Assembly: GCA_021731625.1 (NCBI GenBank)
Contig: JAKFXC010000062.1
Coordinates: 4,479-68,478, forward strand
Direction of reading: 5' to 3'
Source of the DNA: Candidatus Omnitrophota bacterium
GTDB taxonomy: Bacteria; Omnitrophota; Gorgyraeia; Zapsychrales; Fredricksoniimonadaceae
Length of the DNA stretch: 64,000 nt
Made by a program: the position numbers and the translations under genes. Shown one piece after another: positions 1 to 10,175 of the stretch (positions are counted from its first letter, which is position 1; each line of letters begins with the position of its first letter). Below the pieces are notes generated by a model. It was given only the letters and a program-made list of their open reading frames with translations, did not search any database and was not told the DNA's origin.

Positions 1-501
1 TTAAAAGACATCTACAGCGCTGAGAAACAAATCACCAAGGCCTTGCCCAAGTTGGCAAAAGCCGCATCTTCAGATGATTTAAAAAAGGGGTTTCAGGAGC
101 ATTTGAAACAGACCGAAGGTCAAATCAATCGGCTGGAGAAAATATTCCGCCGTCTGGGCGAAAGCACTTCCGGTCCCAAATGCAAGGGGATGGAAGGTTT
201 ATTAGAAGAAGGCAGCGACTTCACTGAGGAACCTGCTTCTGCGGAAGTCCTGGATGCCGGAATGATTGTGGCCGCTCAGAAGGTCGAGCATTATGAGATC
301 GCCGCGTACGGCAGTCTCTGTACGTTTGCCAAATTGCTCGGTTACGATGAGGATTTGGACCTCTTAAAAGAAAGCATTGCTGAAGAGGAGGAGACCGACC
401 AAAAATTGACGGTATTGGCGGAATCCTACATCAACCAGGCCGCTGAGGAAAGTTCCATAATTGAGGAATCCGGTGCGGGGCGTGGCAAATCTAGGCGATA
501 A
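1..501 (+). CDS. yciF: Ferritin-like DUF892 (YciE/YciF) stress protein, 5'-partial
   Basis: Frame is open from base 1 (LKDIYSAEKQITKALPK); motifs CKGMEGL, AAQKVEHYEIAAYG, EEEETDQKL. Confidence 0.9.
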   Translation, partial: LKDIYSAEKQITKALPKLAKAASSDDLKKGFQEHLKQTEGQINRLEKIFRRLGESTSGPKCKGMEGLLEEGSDFTEEPASAEVLDAGMIVAAQKVEHYEIAAYGSLCTFAKLLGYDEDLDLLKESIAEEEETDQKLTVLAESYINQAAEESSIIEESGAGRGKSRR

Positions 502-531
502 GAACCGAACGTGTTAGCACTGTGGTGCATT

Positions 532-562
532 GAAAGCCCTTCATCTGGGATGAAGGGCTTTC
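532..562 (+). terminator. Stem-loop after yciF (probable terminator)
   Basis: Perfect 14-bp inverted repeat GAAAGCCCTTCATC-tgg-GATGAAGGGCTTTC; no clear U-tract. Confidence 0.6.
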
Positions 563-581
563 GCACATCTGCGAGGGGAGA

Positions 582-1189
582 ATGATAATCCAAAATTTAT
601 TGACCATGCACGGACCTATTTTCTGCGGGGTTTGCTAGCCGTTATCCCGATCCTGCTGTGTGCGTTGTCGCTCAATTTGCTTTATGTTTTGATTGATAAA
701 AAGATCGTGGGGTTCTTGGATCGATTTATTGAGGTGCGTCAAATTCCTGGCCTGGGGATTGTTTTGCTGGCGATTTGCCTGTATTTGATCGGGCTGGTGG
801 CCAGCAATATCATCGGCCGCCAAGTTTTGCGGTTTCTTGAAAACATTACTCAGAAGATCCCTTTTTTAGGTTCCATTTACGGGATCGGTAAACAACTGAC
901 CCGGGGGTTTTCCGCCACCGGTAAAAAGCAAGCTTTTAAAAAAGCCCTGCTCATTAAATTGAGTGGTAATGATTTGTGGGTCCCGGCTTTTGTGATGAAT
1001 ACCCTCAAAAGCCGCAAAACCGCCGAGGATTTGTTTTTAGTCTATGTCCCGACGGTACCCACACCCACCGGAGGTTTTGTTTTTATTGTTAAAGCGTCCT
1101 AAACCATGGATCCCGGTTGGTCGGTGGAAGAATGCGTGAAGCTGATTGTGTCCATGGGCATCGTGACCCCCAAACATATTGAAATTTAA
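582..1189 (+). pseudogene. DUF502 membrane protein, disrupted (frameshift near 593, in-frame TAA at 1100)
   Basis: RBS+ATG at 582 joins the DUF502 frame (KFIDHARTYFLRGLLAVIP) if one A is added; past the TAA the frame continues TMDPGWSVEECVKLIVSMGIVTP, a typical DUF502 C-terminus; YVPTVPTPTGG motif. Confidence 0.75.
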
Positions 1190-1229
1190 TAAGTTTTTAA
1201 CCCTCTATTCATTATCAAAATGAGAAGCT
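1186..1229 (+). promoter_or_regulatory. Triple 11-bp-period repeat promoter (copy 1)
   Basis: TTAAT(1186)-TTAAC(1197)-TTCAT(1208); weak -10 GAAGCT at 1224. Confidence 0.6.
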
Positions 1230-1266
1230 ATAGCCAATCGTTCAAATCCACTAAAGAGGAGCCGCT

Positions 1267-1812
1267 ATGAGACCTACCCTAGAGTTGCCCAGACTGACCA
1301 TGCCGGTAAGTACCCGAGACCACATCAGAGGCAATATCAACGCGCCTGTCACTTTATTGGAGTATGGCGATTTTGAGTGTTTGCATTGCGCGGCGGCCCA
1401 CAAGATTTTGAGTTTAATCCGCATCGAAAGCCAGGATTGGGTGCGCTTCGTGTATCGCCATTTTCCATTGGCGACCGTGCACCCGCACGCCACAGCTTCG
1501 GCGGAAGCGGCGGAAGCGGCCGGCGGCCAGGGAAAATTTTGGGACATGCACGATTTTTTGTTTGAGAACCAGGAGAGCTTGGGAGACACCGAGTTGATCG
1601 ACGAGGCCCACACGTTGGGGCTGGATACAGATCAGTTCGCTCAAGACATGGAGGAACACGTGTATTTGCGGCGCGTGCAAGAAGATTTTCGCAGCGGCAT
1701 CCGCAGCGGGGTCAATGGGACGCCGGCATTTTTCATCAACGGCCACCGCCACAATGGCGGATATGACCTGGAATCGTTGTGGGAAGCGGTTGTTATTGCC
1801 AAGAAAGGATAA
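1267..1812 (+). CDS. DsbA-family thioredoxin-fold oxidoreductase
   Basis: EYGDFECLHC CxxC, YRHFPL, GVNGTPAFFING. Confidence 0.9.
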   Translation: MRPTLELPRLTMPVSTRDHIRGNINAPVTLLEYGDFECLHCAAAHKILSLIRIESQDWVRFVYRHFPLATVHPHATASAEAAEAAGGQGKFWDMHDFLFENQESLGDTELIDEAHTLGLDTDQFAQDMEEHVYLRRVQEDFRSGIRSGVNGTPAFFINGHRHNGGYDLESLWEAVVIAKKG

Positions 1813-1907
1813 AAGGCCGGCCGCTCCCTGCGACCAACCGGGAGTGCCCGATATGAGGGCCGGCCGGCACGTTATCGAATATGCAATAGGATAAACAGGA
1901 GACAGCT

Positions 1908-2240
1908 ATGAATAAAATGCTCATGACAACGTTTTTAGTGACAGGTCTGGCCTTGCCGGCTTTAGCGGCGGACCAATATAACAAAAACCAAAACAAGGGG
2001 ATTGTCAGCCGAGGCGACATGAGCATGCCCTCGGACTTAAACGTCAGAGGAATGGTCATGATGTTGGACCAGGCGACCAATACCATCACGATCAGTGAAT
2101 ACAATTCCGGCATAGATCGCACCTTTACAGTTGCCAACCAAAGCGACTTAAGGGACATTAAAACCGGGGATAAAGTCAGTGTGACGCCTCAGGAGAACAA
2201 TGAAAATACGGCCAGCAAGATCAGAAAAGACGTATCGTAA
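1908..2240 (+). CDS. Secreted hypothetical protein (small OB-fold-like)
   Basis: RBS AGGAG, Sec signal ending ALA-A, DIKTGDKVSV. Confidence 0.7.
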   Translation: MNKMLMTTFLVTGLALPALAADQYNKNQNKGIVSRGDMSMPSDLNVRGMVMMLDQATNTITISEYNSGIDRTFTVANQSDLRDIKTGDKVSVTPQENNENTASKIRKDVS

Positions 2241-2273
2241 TCTGATCAGGCAGCTACCGTTCTCATGAGCACC

Positions 2274-2314
2274 AAGGGTCCTTTGTAATGAATGATTACA
2301 AAGGACCTTTTTTT
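2274..2314 (+). terminator. Rho-independent terminator
   Basis: GGTCCTTTGTAAT-gaatg-ATTACAAAGGACC followed by T7. Confidence 0.85.
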
Positions 2315-2361
2315 ACTGCCGTGCAAGGCCCCAGCCATCGCTACTCATACCCATTCAGCAA

Positions 2362-2395
2362 TTGACAGCGGGTCAAATTATGATACACTGTATCA
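2362..2395 (+). promoter_or_regulatory. Sigma70 promoter overlapped by a 7-1-7 Fur-family operator
   Basis: TTGACA(2362)-N16-TACACT(2384); perfect palindrome TGATACA-C-TGTATCA at 2381-2395. Confidence 0.75.
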
Positions 2396-2397
2396 CT

Positions 2398-2835
2398 ATG
2401 GACACGCGTATCGATCAAGAACAGCAAAGGTACCAATCTTATCTTAGCAACGAAGGCCTGCGGTTCAGCCGGGGCCGCCAGACTGTCTTCCGCCAGGCCA
2501 TCCATGCCCACGGCCATTTTAGCGCCGAAGAAATCTCCAAGATCTGCACGCAGTTAAACCCAGCAGTGTCCCGGGCCACGGTGTACCGCACTTTGCATGA
2601 AATGCTGGAGGCCGGCATCATCCGCGGCACCGCGTTTGGGGACAAACACCAGAATTATGAACATCTCTATGATGAGAAAAAGCACCATCATGCCCAGTGT
2701 GTGCGCTGCCATTGCTTTATTGAATTTCCGGATTTAGACGAGGATCGGCGCTACCACCCTTTATTAGAGAAACAAGGATTTAAGATCCTTGGCCATGAAA
2801 TGCATTTTTACGGGATTTGCCGGAGGTGCCAATGA
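2398..2835 (+). CDS. Fur-family metal-responsive transcriptional regulator
   Basis: HFSAEEI, VSRATVYRTL, HHHAQCVRC, FYGICRRC; ATG 2398 preferred over TTG 2362, which lies in the -35. Confidence 0.9.
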   Translation: MDTRIDQEQQRYQSYLSNEGLRFSRGRQTVFRQAIHAHGHFSAEEISKICTQLNPAVSRATVYRTLHEMLEAGIIRGTAFGDKHQNYEHLYDEKKHHHAQCVRCHCFIEFPDLDEDRRYHPLLEKQGFKILGHEMHFYGICRRCQ

Positions 2836-3683
2836 CCTACAAATGGGTGGTTTTGATTGTCTTTATAAATAGTTGGGCCGGCAGCGCCTATGGAGCGGCC
2901 GCAGACAAGGGCGCATTTCATTTGTTAAATCCTACTCCGCGGGAATTGATGAGGGAAATGTCCACTGACCGGCCGGACAAAACCGAAAGCCCCTATACAG
3001 TGGATGCCGGGCACTTCCAAATGGAAGCGAGTTTGATGGACTACACGTACGATCATAAGAATACCGAACGCAGCGATGAAAGGGTGGATAATTATAGTGT
3101 ATTCCCGCTCAACCTAAAGGCTGGTTTGACCAACAATGTCGACCTGCAAGTGGTGTTAAACCCTTATATCCGGGAACATAACCGGGGAGAAGGAGCAAAA
3201 GCGACTAAAACGGGCTTCGGTGATGTCCAGACCCGATTGAAGATCAATGTCTGGGGCAATGACGAAGGGCCCACCGCGTTTGCACTTATGCCTTTTGTGA
3301 AATTTCCCACCAATACCGACGATCTTGGCAATAAAGCTATGGAAGGAGGCCTGATTGTGCCTTTGGCCGTTTCTTTGCCAGCAGGATGGGGTCTTGGTTT
3401 GATGACGGAATTTGACTTTAACCGCAATGCGGACAAGGATTACTATACAGATTTTATTAATACCATCACGCTGGGGCATCAGATCGTCGGCAATCTGGAT
3501 GGTTATGTGGAATTTTTTGGCAGTTTTAATGATGAGCCGGAGTCCCCATGGGTGGGCACCGTCGATTTAGGGCTCACCTATGCGCTGACCGAAGACATTC
3601 AGTTAGATACCGGGGTCAACATAGGGGTCACCCGTTCCGCTGATGATTTTAACCCTTTTATCGGGTGTTCGATAAGATACTGA
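2832..3683 (+). CDS. Outer-membrane beta-barrel transporter (MetA-pathway/phenol-degradation-like family)
   Basis: Signal peptide; STDRPDKTESPYTVDAGHFQ motif; amphipathic strands; C-terminal aromatic residue. Confidence 0.75.
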   Translation: MTYKWVVLIVFINSWAGSAYGAAADKGAFHLLNPTPRELMREMSTDRPDKTESPYTVDAGHFQMEASLMDYTYDHKNTERSDERVDNYSVFPLNLKAGLTNNVDLQVVLNPYIREHNRGEGAKATKTGFGDVQTRLKINVWGNDEGPTAFALMPFVKFPTNTDDLGNKAMEGGLIVPLAVSLPAGWGLGLMTEFDFNRNADKDYYTDFINTITLGHQIVGNLDGYVEFFGSFNDEPESPWVGTVDLGLTYALTEDIQLDTGVNIGVTRSADDFNPFIGCSIRY

Positions 3684-3693
3684 AAGGAAATGT

Positions 3694-4623
3694 ATGATTT
3701 TATTTTTAGTCTTTGTGTTGATGGCGGTGCCCGCCGGTGCTGCCGTGGCAGCGACGGAAGAGGTTAAACCCAAACGCGTGGTCACCACCTTTACGATTTT
3801 ACAGGATATGGCGCAAAATGTGGCCGGCACCGTGGCCATTGTCGAATCCGTCACCAAACCCGGGGCGGAAATCCATGAATATGAGCCCACTCCGCTGGAC
3901 GTGGTCAAAGCTCAATCCGCTGATTTGGTTTTGTGGAACGGCCTCGGCCTCGAGCGATGGTTTGAAAAATTTTTCAGCAAAATCAAAAAGGTCCCCAGCG
4001 CGTATTTATCGGAAGGGATCGAACCTATGAGCATTGTGGAGGGCCCATACACCGGAAAAGCCAACCCCCATTCCTGGATGTCCCCGGCCAACGCGGTCAT
4101 TTATGTGGAGAACATACGTCAGGCCTTCATTGCCATGGACCCGGCCAACGCCGAAACCTATAATACCAACGCTGCCCTCTATATCGCCAAAATCAAAGCC
4201 GTGGACGAGCCTGTAAGGAAGAAATTGGAGGAAATCCCCCAGGACCAACGCTGGTTAGTCAGCAGCGAAGGGGCTTTTTCGTACCTTATTCGAAATTATG
4301 CCATGAAAGAACTTTATTTGTGGCCAGTCAATGCCGACAGCGAGGGCACTCCCAAACAGGTGCGCAAAGTGGTGGACACCGTGCGCAAAAATAAAATTCC
4401 GGTTGTTTTTGCGGAGAGCACCGTGAGTGACAAACCCATGCGGCAAGTGGCCAAGGAAACCGGGGCCCGGTTTGGCGGAGTGCTTTACGTGGACTCGCTG
4501 ACCGATGAGAACGGGCCAGCCTCCACATATCTTAAGCTCCTGCAATTTAATGCTAACACCATTGTCGAGGGGTTTGCCGGTAAAACGCATAAGGATGAGG
4601 GAGTTTCCAATGGATCAAAATGA
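3694..4623 (+). CDS. sitA: Mn/Fe ABC transporter substrate-binding protein (SitA/YfeA-like)
   Basis: [34 protein letters not shown]. Confidence 0.9.
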   Translation: MILFLVFVLMAVPAGAAVAATEEVKPKRVVTTFTILQDMAQNVAGTVAIVESVTKPGAEIHEYEPTPLDVVKAQSADLVLWNGLGLERWFEKFFSKIKKVPSAYLSEGIEPMSIVEGPYTGKANPHSWMSPANAVIYVENIRQAFIAMDPANAETYNTNAALYIAKIKAVDEPVRKKLEEIPQDQRWLVSSEGAFSYLIRNYAMKELYLWPVNADSEGTPKQVRKVVDTVRKNKIPVVFAESTVSDKPMRQVAKETGARFGGVLYVDSLTDENGPASTYLKLLQFNANTIVEGFAGKTHKDEGVSNGSK

Positions 4624-5497
4624 AGGACCATTGACTTTGGAGCTTAAAGACCTCACCGTGGTCTATAACAACGGGTATGTGGGGTTGAAAAATGTCAGTT
4701 TTGACTTAGGCCCGGGCACGGTGTGCGCCTTGGTGGGTGTCAACGGCAGTGGCAAGTCGACTCTCTTTAAAGCGATCATGGGTTTTTTAAAACCGGCCCG
4801 GGGCAGTGTCCGGCTCGCCGGGCACTCGGTGGGGGCTGCCCTTCATAAAAATTTGGTGGCCTATGTGCCGCAATCCGAGGACGTGGATTGGACTTTTCCA
4901 GTAAGTGTTTGGGATGTGGTGCTGATGGGGCGTTATGGGTACATGAATTTTTTAAGGATCCCTAGCCTGGAAGATCAGAGCATCGCATTAAAGAGCCTGG
5001 AACGGGTGAATATGCAGGATTATCGCGACCGTCAGATCGGCGAATTGTCCGGCGGGCAGAAAAAGCGGGTCTTCTTGGCCCGGGCCTTAGCCCAGGGCGG
5101 GGGGATCATGCTGTTGGATGAGCCCTTTACCGGTGTGGATGTGAAAACAGAGTCCGCTATCATTGGACTTTTGCAGGAATTGCGTCGGGACGGACACATC
5201 ATTTTAGTCTCTACTCACAACCTGGGTTCGGTGCCGGATTTTTGTGACCAAGTGGTGCTTATTAATCGCACGGTGTTGGCGTTTGGGCCGACGGCGGAAG
5301 TCTTCACTGAGGCGAACTTGGGACGGGCTTTCGGTGGTGCCTTGAGACATTTGAAGTTTGACCACACCGATGTGCCGGGGGCGCGCAATGAAGTGGTGGT
5401 CTTAAGCGATGATGAGCGTCCGCTGGTCTTGGGACAGGACGGCCAGCCCAGCCATTTGGAAGACACGGAAAAAGATAAGAAGGACAAGGAACCATGA
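4610..5497 (+). CDS. sitB: Mn/Fe ABC transporter ATP-binding protein
   Basis: [36 protein letters not shown]; DDERP tail; ATG 4610. Confidence 0.9.
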   Translation: MDQNEGPLTLELKDLTVVYNNGYVGLKNVSFDLGPGTVCALVGVNGSGKSTLFKAIMGFLKPARGSVRLAGHSVGAALHKNLVAYVPQSEDVDWTFPVSVWDVVLMGRYGYMNFLRIPSLEDQSIALKSLERVNMQDYRDRQIGELSGGQKKRVFLARALAQGGGIMLLDEPFTGVDVKTESAIIGLLQELRRDGHIILVSTHNLGSVPDFCDQVVLINRTVLAFGPTAEVFTEANLGRAFGGALRHLKFDHTDVPGARNEVVVLSDDERPLVLGQDGQPSHLEDTEKDKKDKEP

Positions 5498-6357
5498 TCG
5501 AGAATTTGTTGGTCCCTTTCCAATACGAATATATGCAAAAGGCGATTTTTGTCAGCGCCCTGATCGGCGGGGTCTGCGCGTTTCTGTCCTGCTATATCAT
5601 ACTCAAAGGCTGGTCGCTGATGGGGGATGCTTTGTCCCATTCCATTGTGCCAGGTGTTTCCATCGCCTATATGTTGGGTATTCCTTTTGCCTTCGGGGCA
5701 TTCTTTGCTGGGCTGGGCGCGGCTGGCCTCATGGCGTATCTCAAATCCAATACCCGCATCCGTGAGGACGCGGTCATCGGCGTGGTGTTCACCACTTTTT
5801 TTGCTTTAGGGCTGCTGTTGATTTCTCTTTATCCCAGCAACATTAATCTGCGCACCATTGTATTTGGAAATATTTTGGGAATATCGGACCCCGACACCAT
5901 GCAGGTGGTGATCATCTCGGCGCTTAGCTTATTGATCATCGGCTGCAAGTGGAAAGACTTGCTGCTTTTTTGTTTTGATGCCAACCACGCCCGCAGCCTT
6001 GGCCTGAATGTGCGGGCCCTGCACCTTATGCTCCTGACTTTGCTGGCAATGACCGCCGTAGCAGCTTTGCAGACGGTGGGGGCCTGTTTGGTGGTGGCGA
6101 TGCTGGTGACGCCGGGCGCCACCGCATATTTGTTGACCGACCGTTTCAGTAAAATGCTTATGCTGGCCTGTCTCATGGGGGTCGGCAGTTCCTTAGTCGG
6201 CGCCTATGTGAGCTATTTTATCGACGGCTCCACCGGGGGCTGCATTGTGGTGCTGCAGACGATGATATTTTTACTCGCCCTGTTTTTTGCCCCTAAACAC
6301 GGCATCATGGCCCACCGGTCGCAACGGCAATCGGCGTCGGCTTTATCAGCGCCATGA
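5494..6357 (+). CDS. sitC: Mn/Fe ABC transporter permease
   Basis: [19 protein letters not shown]; multiple TM helices. Confidence 0.9.
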   Translation: MIENLLVPFQYEYMQKAIFVSALIGGVCAFLSCYIILKGWSLMGDALSHSIVPGVSIAYMLGIPFAFGAFFAGLGAAGLMAYLKSNTRIREDAVIGVVFTTFFALGLLLISLYPSNINLRTIVFGNILGISDPDTMQVVIISALSLLIIGCKWKDLLLFCFDANHARSLGLNVRALHLMLLTLLAMTAVAALQTVGACLVVAMLVTPGATAYLLTDRFSKMLMLACLMGVGSSLVGAYVSYFIDGSTGGCIVVLQTMIFLLALFFAPKHGIMAHRSQRQSASALSAP

Positions 6358-7187
6358 ATTTCTTAGCCCCCTTTCAATATGATTTTATGGTTCAGGCCCT
6401 GGCCGTGGGGGCGTTAGTCGGTGCCGTGTGTGCGGTTTTTTCCTGCTTTCTGGTCCTGAAAGGCTGGTCGCTCATGGGGGACGCTGTCTCGCACGCCGTG
6501 CTGCCGGGCATTGTGATCGCTTATATGGTTGGGTTGCCTTTGGCTTTGGGTGCTTTTTTATCCGGCCTTTTTTGCGCCGTGGCCACTGGGTTTATCAAGG
6601 AAAATACCCGGGTCAAAGAGGACACGTCGATGGGGATCGTATTTACCGGATTATTTGCTTTGGGTCTAGTCTTATTTACCAAAGTAGAAACGGACATCCA
6701 TTTAAACCACATCCTGTTCGGCAGCCTGCTGGGAATTTCCAAGCGGGACATCATCCAAACTTCCCTGGTTGCCACCATCACTCTGACAGTGATTTTATTA
6801 CTGCGCAAAGATCTGCTGCTGTTTTGTTTTGACCCCAGCCAGGCCCGCAGCATTGGCCTTAATACCAAATTGCTGTATTATGTGCTATTGTCCTTATTGT
6901 CCGCCACCATCGTGGCGGCATTGCAAGCGGTCGGCATCATCCTGGTCATCGCCATGTTGATTACGCCGGGATGCATTGCGTACCTTTTAAGTGACCGCTT
7001 TAACCATATGCTGATCATTGCCTCCGTTAGTGCGGTTTTTTCCTGTCTGGTCGGGACCTACATCAGTTATTTTATCAACGGCTCGACGGCGGGGTGCATT
7101 GTGCTCGTGCAGGCCCTATTATTTACCCTGGCGGTGATCTTTGCCCCCAAACATGGTTTGCTGGCGCAAAGATCCCGTTTGGTATAG
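6354..7187 (+). CDS. sitD: Mn/Fe ABC transporter permease
   Basis: [25 protein letters not shown]; paralog of the upstream permease. Confidence 0.9.
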   Translation: MNFLAPFQYDFMVQALAVGALVGAVCAVFSCFLVLKGWSLMGDAVSHAVLPGIVIAYMVGLPLALGAFLSGLFCAVATGFIKENTRVKEDTSMGIVFTGLFALGLVLFTKVETDIHLNHILFGSLLGISKRDIIQTSLVATITLTVILLLRKDLLLFCFDPSQARSIGLNTKLLYYVLLSLLSATIVAALQAVGIILVIAMLITPGCIAYLLSDRFNHMLIIASVSAVFSCLVGTYISYFINGSTAGCIVLVQALLFTLAVIFAPKHGLLAQRSRLV

Positions 7188-7256
7188 AATAGAAGGGTTT
7201 TTTCATAGGCAAGCCCCTTCGGGGGGTTACTTTGTCGTAGAATAAACGGAGGGAAT

Positions 7257-7817
7257 ATGGATGACGCGTTAAAAGAACGGGGGCGTAGTCTGGAGGAAAT
7301 GTTTTTTAAGCAGCGGGATGCCGAGTTAATTGCCCAACGCAAAAAACTGGCCGAAATGAGCCAGACCCGCGAATCTTTGGCCCAGATTTCCGGGATCAAA
7401 AATCCCCAAGTGTTGGACAAATTGATCGAATCAGGAATTACTGCCAGCACTTTGGCGTCGCTTTCGCTGTTGCCTCTGGTTGAGGTGGCCTGGGCGGATG
7501 GGCAATTGAGCGAACCAGAGAAAAAAGCCGTGCTGACTGCCGCTGCCAAAGGCGGGCTCACCCAGGGGTCTGTCAATTATCAGCTGCTGGAAAATTGGCT
7601 CAAAGAGCGTCCTGCGGCCAAGCTTTTGGATGCTTGGGTGCACTACATCCGCGGCCTGCGGGATGTTCTCAACCCTCAGGAACTACGCGGGGTCAAATCC
7701 GATTTGCTGTCTCGGGCCCGGGCCGTGGCCGAGGCCGCCGGCGGGTTTATGGGCGTTTCCAAGATATCGCCGGAGGAACAGGCGGTTTTTAAGAAAATGG
7801 AAGATGCCTTCGCCTAG
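7257..7817 (+). CDS. Conserved hypothetical protein (TerB-like C-terminal region)
   Basis: RBS GGAGG; LEEMFFKQRD, PLVEVAWADG, AVAEAAGGF..KISPEE. Confidence 0.7.
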   Translation: MDDALKERGRSLEEMFFKQRDAELIAQRKKLAEMSQTRESLAQISGIKNPQVLDKLIESGITASTLASLSLLPLVEVAWADGQLSEPEKKAVLTAAAKGGLTQGSVNYQLLENWLKERPAAKLLDAWVHYIRGLRDVLNPQELRGVKSDLLSRARAVAEAAGGFMGVSKISPEEQAVFKKMEDAFA

Positions 7818-7825
7818 AGCATACG

Positions 7826-8404
7826 ATGACCACTAGCAAACAGCTGTTTTTTGTGGCGTTTATATTCGTTTCCGCCATTGCCCTGGCCTGGGCTTTTCAA
7901 GTCGGCCCGGTCGAATTTGCCAACCGAACCAGTGCCGGTCCCACCCTGTTGGTTTTAAAGGGCGCCGGATTAAAGAAATTCCTGGGCATACAAGTCGTGA
8001 CCGTGGCATTTTATATGCCCGCACGATTGAGTAGTCAACTCGCGCTCACCGATATTCCCAAACGCCTGGAAGTGGTCTACCTTCAGAACATCCCGCAAGA
8101 GGAACTGCAAAGAGCCACCAGCAAAGGGATCCGTAAAAATATTTCCAAAGAAGAGTATCTGCGGCTGCAACCCAAGATCGAGGCCGTCAACAGCATGTAC
8201 CCCGACGTGCGCAAAGGCGACAAGATCACCGTGGTCTATACACCCCAAGACGGGCTCAAACTATCGGTGAATGAAGTCTATAAGGGGACGGTGCCGGGTG
8301 CGGACATTGCCCGGGCCTTTTTTGCCATTTGGGTGGGGGAGGCCCCGGTCGATGCGGCCATGAAAGCCATATTGCTGGGAGAAAAGAATGGGCCAAACCT
8401 TTAA
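7826..8404 (+). CDS. Chalcone-isomerase-like periplasmic protein
   Basis: Signal peptide; LKGAGLKK, DVRKGD, FFAIWVGEAPVD..K..LLG. Confidence 0.8.
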   Translation: MTTSKQLFFVAFIFVSAIALAWAFQVGPVEFANRTSAGPTLLVLKGAGLKKFLGIQVVTVAFYMPARLSSQLALTDIPKRLEVVYLQNIPQEELQRATSKGIRKNISKEEYLRLQPKIEAVNSMYPDVRKGDKITVVYTPQDGLKLSVNEVYKGTVPGADIARAFFAIWVGEAPVDAAMKAILLGEKNGPNL

Positions 8405-8547
8405 AGGCAAAGAAGCCGTCCTGGCAAGCTTGGCAATTGGCATGGCTGTTGACGTATTATTTGCCGATTTATTTCTTACGCCGGTTGCAGCGCAAGTCCG
8501 CTGCCCGCCGTGGTGTTAACTAACCGACCAATCAGGAGAGGAGGCGT

Positions 8548-8862
8548 ATGGTTCTTACCAATATTGACAATATCCCAGGCCGAACGATCAAAGCGCATTA
8601 CGGTCTTGTCAGTGGGAGCACGGTGCGGTCCAAAAATGCGTTTAAGGATTTTGGCACTGGCTTAAAAAGTATTTTTGGGGGAGAGCTCAAAAGTTATACC
8701 CAACTTATGGAGGAAACCCGGAAAGAGGCATTGGAGCGCATGACGGAACAAGCCAGGCAAATGGGTGCCAATGCTGTGGTGAATGTTCGTTTTGCCACCG
8801 CCGACGTGGCGCCGGGAGCGGCGGAGATCTATGTGTATGGCACGGCCGTGACGCTGGAATAG
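8548..8862 (+). CDS. YbjQ/UPF0145 family protein
   Basis: GLVSGSTV, FGGELKSYT, GANAVVNVRF, YGTAV. Confidence 0.9.
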   Translation: MVLTNIDNIPGRTIKAHYGLVSGSTVRSKNAFKDFGTGLKSIFGGELKSYTQLMEETRKEALERMTEQARQMGANAVVNVRFATADVAPGAAEIYVYGTAVTLE

Positions 8863-8883
8863 CCCAAAACTTACGGAGGATGT

Positions 8884-9321
8884 ATGGCAGATTTTATTAA
8901 TCTGATGCTGTTCCTGGTCGCTCTGGGGACAGGGTATTTTTTCGGTTCGCGTATCGAAAAGAAACATTATCAAGAAATAGAGGCGAGGGAACAGGCCCTG
9001 CATCATTTGCCTGCCGTGACCGGTAAGAATTTTTTGGGGGATCGCCCGGTGGCGGCAGCCAACCTGGTCTCGGCCAACGTGGTCATTTGCACCGATTATT
9101 TTAAATTGGTGACCACGGCCTTGCGGAATATTTTGGGAGGCCGGGTCATGGCCTGCGAATCTTTGGTGGACCGGGCCCGACGGGAAGCGATCTTGCGCCT
9201 CAAAGAGCGGTCCGGCGGGGCAGACATCATCATCAACTTACGGGTGGTGTCTTCCCGCATCGGTGAAGGATATTCCGTGGAGGCTTTGGCGTATGGGACA
9301 GCCGTCACCTACAGCAAATGA
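8884..9321 (+). CDS. Membrane-anchored YbjQ-family protein
   Basis: N-terminal TM; DRARREAILRLKE, AYGTAV. Confidence 0.85.
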   Translation: MADFINLMLFLVALGTGYFFGSRIEKKHYQEIEAREQALHHLPAVTGKNFLGDRPVAAANLVSANVVICTDYFKLVTTALRNILGGRVMACESLVDRARREAILRLKERSGGADIIINLRVVSSRIGEGYSVEALAYGTAVTYSK

Positions 9322-10175
9322 AGTTTGAATCCCGTCCTTTAAGCGGCAATGTCAACGTCGCACCCTGCAATCCTTTAAAGGATTTTCTAGATTTGGGTTT
9401 AAGGATTTTCGGGTGCGTCATCCTGCTGTATGTTCTCTTGGGCTGGGCCGCGGAAATTTTGGCGGTCCGCATTCCGCCGGCTTTTGAAGACAAACTGGCC
9501 AGGGCCCTCACCTTTGAGTTTAATAAAATTCCTCCCACCGCCTTGGAAGCGTATGCCACGGGGCTGACCAACAAGCTGGCTTCGTTAACGGAAGATTTAA
9601 AGGGACGCAATTTTGTGGTCCATATCATGCCCGAGAAGGAAGCCAATGCCTTGGCATGGCCCGGCGGGAATATTGTCTTGACGTCTGGCCTTTTTGAGGC
9701 GGTGCACTCGGAGAATGACCTGGCCATGGTGTTGGGGCATGAACTCGGGCATTATGCCCATCGGGACCACCTGCGGGGCTTAGGCCGGGGATTGGTGCTT
9801 TTGGCCATTTCCGTGACGGTGTTTGGGGCAGACACCAGGTCGGGGAGCTTATTTGCCAATCTGGTCTCCGACAGCGAAATGCACAATTCGCGGGAACGCG
9901 AAGCGGCCGCGGACGCCTATGGCCTCCAGGTATTGTTTAAATCCTACGGCCATGTTGGCGGGGCAGATGCGTTCTTCAATTATGCCAAAACCAAAGAAGA
10001 AAAAATGCCGGCGTGGATTCATTTTTTGTCCACGCATCCTTCCTCGCAGAAGCGCTTGGCAGCATTAAAAACAATTGCGGCGAATAGGCATTGGCCCACG
10101 GCGCCGGTGCAACCATTCCCGCCAACCTTGTCCAAAAACATTGAAGACATTCGCAAGCCGCTCAAGAAGCGCTGA
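9318..10175 (+). CDS. M48 family zinc metallopeptidase
   Basis: ANALAWPGG, HELGH, EAAAD, LSTHPS. Confidence 0.9.
   Translation: MKFESRPLSGNVNVAPCNPLKDFLDLGLRIFGCVILLYVLLGWAAEILAVRIPPAFEDKLARALTFEFNKIPPTALEAYATGLTNKLASLTEDLKGRNFVVHIMPEKEANALAWPGGNIVLTSGLFEAVHSENDLAMVLGHELGHYAHRDHLRGLGRGLVLLAISVTVFGADTRSGSLFANLVSDSEMHNSREREAAADAYGLQVLFKSYGHVGGADAFFNYAKTKEEKMPAWIHFLSTHPSSQKRLAALKTIAANRHWPTAPVQPFPPTLSKNIEDIRKPLKKR

Noticed and set aside
7212-7228. GCCCC-TTCG-GGGGG hairpin as terminator
   Set aside because: Short stem without a convincing U-tract; not enough support
8329-8523. Small ORFs between the chalcone-isomerase-like gene and ybjQ
   Set aside because: Several frames are open, but none has a recognisable motif or convincing start
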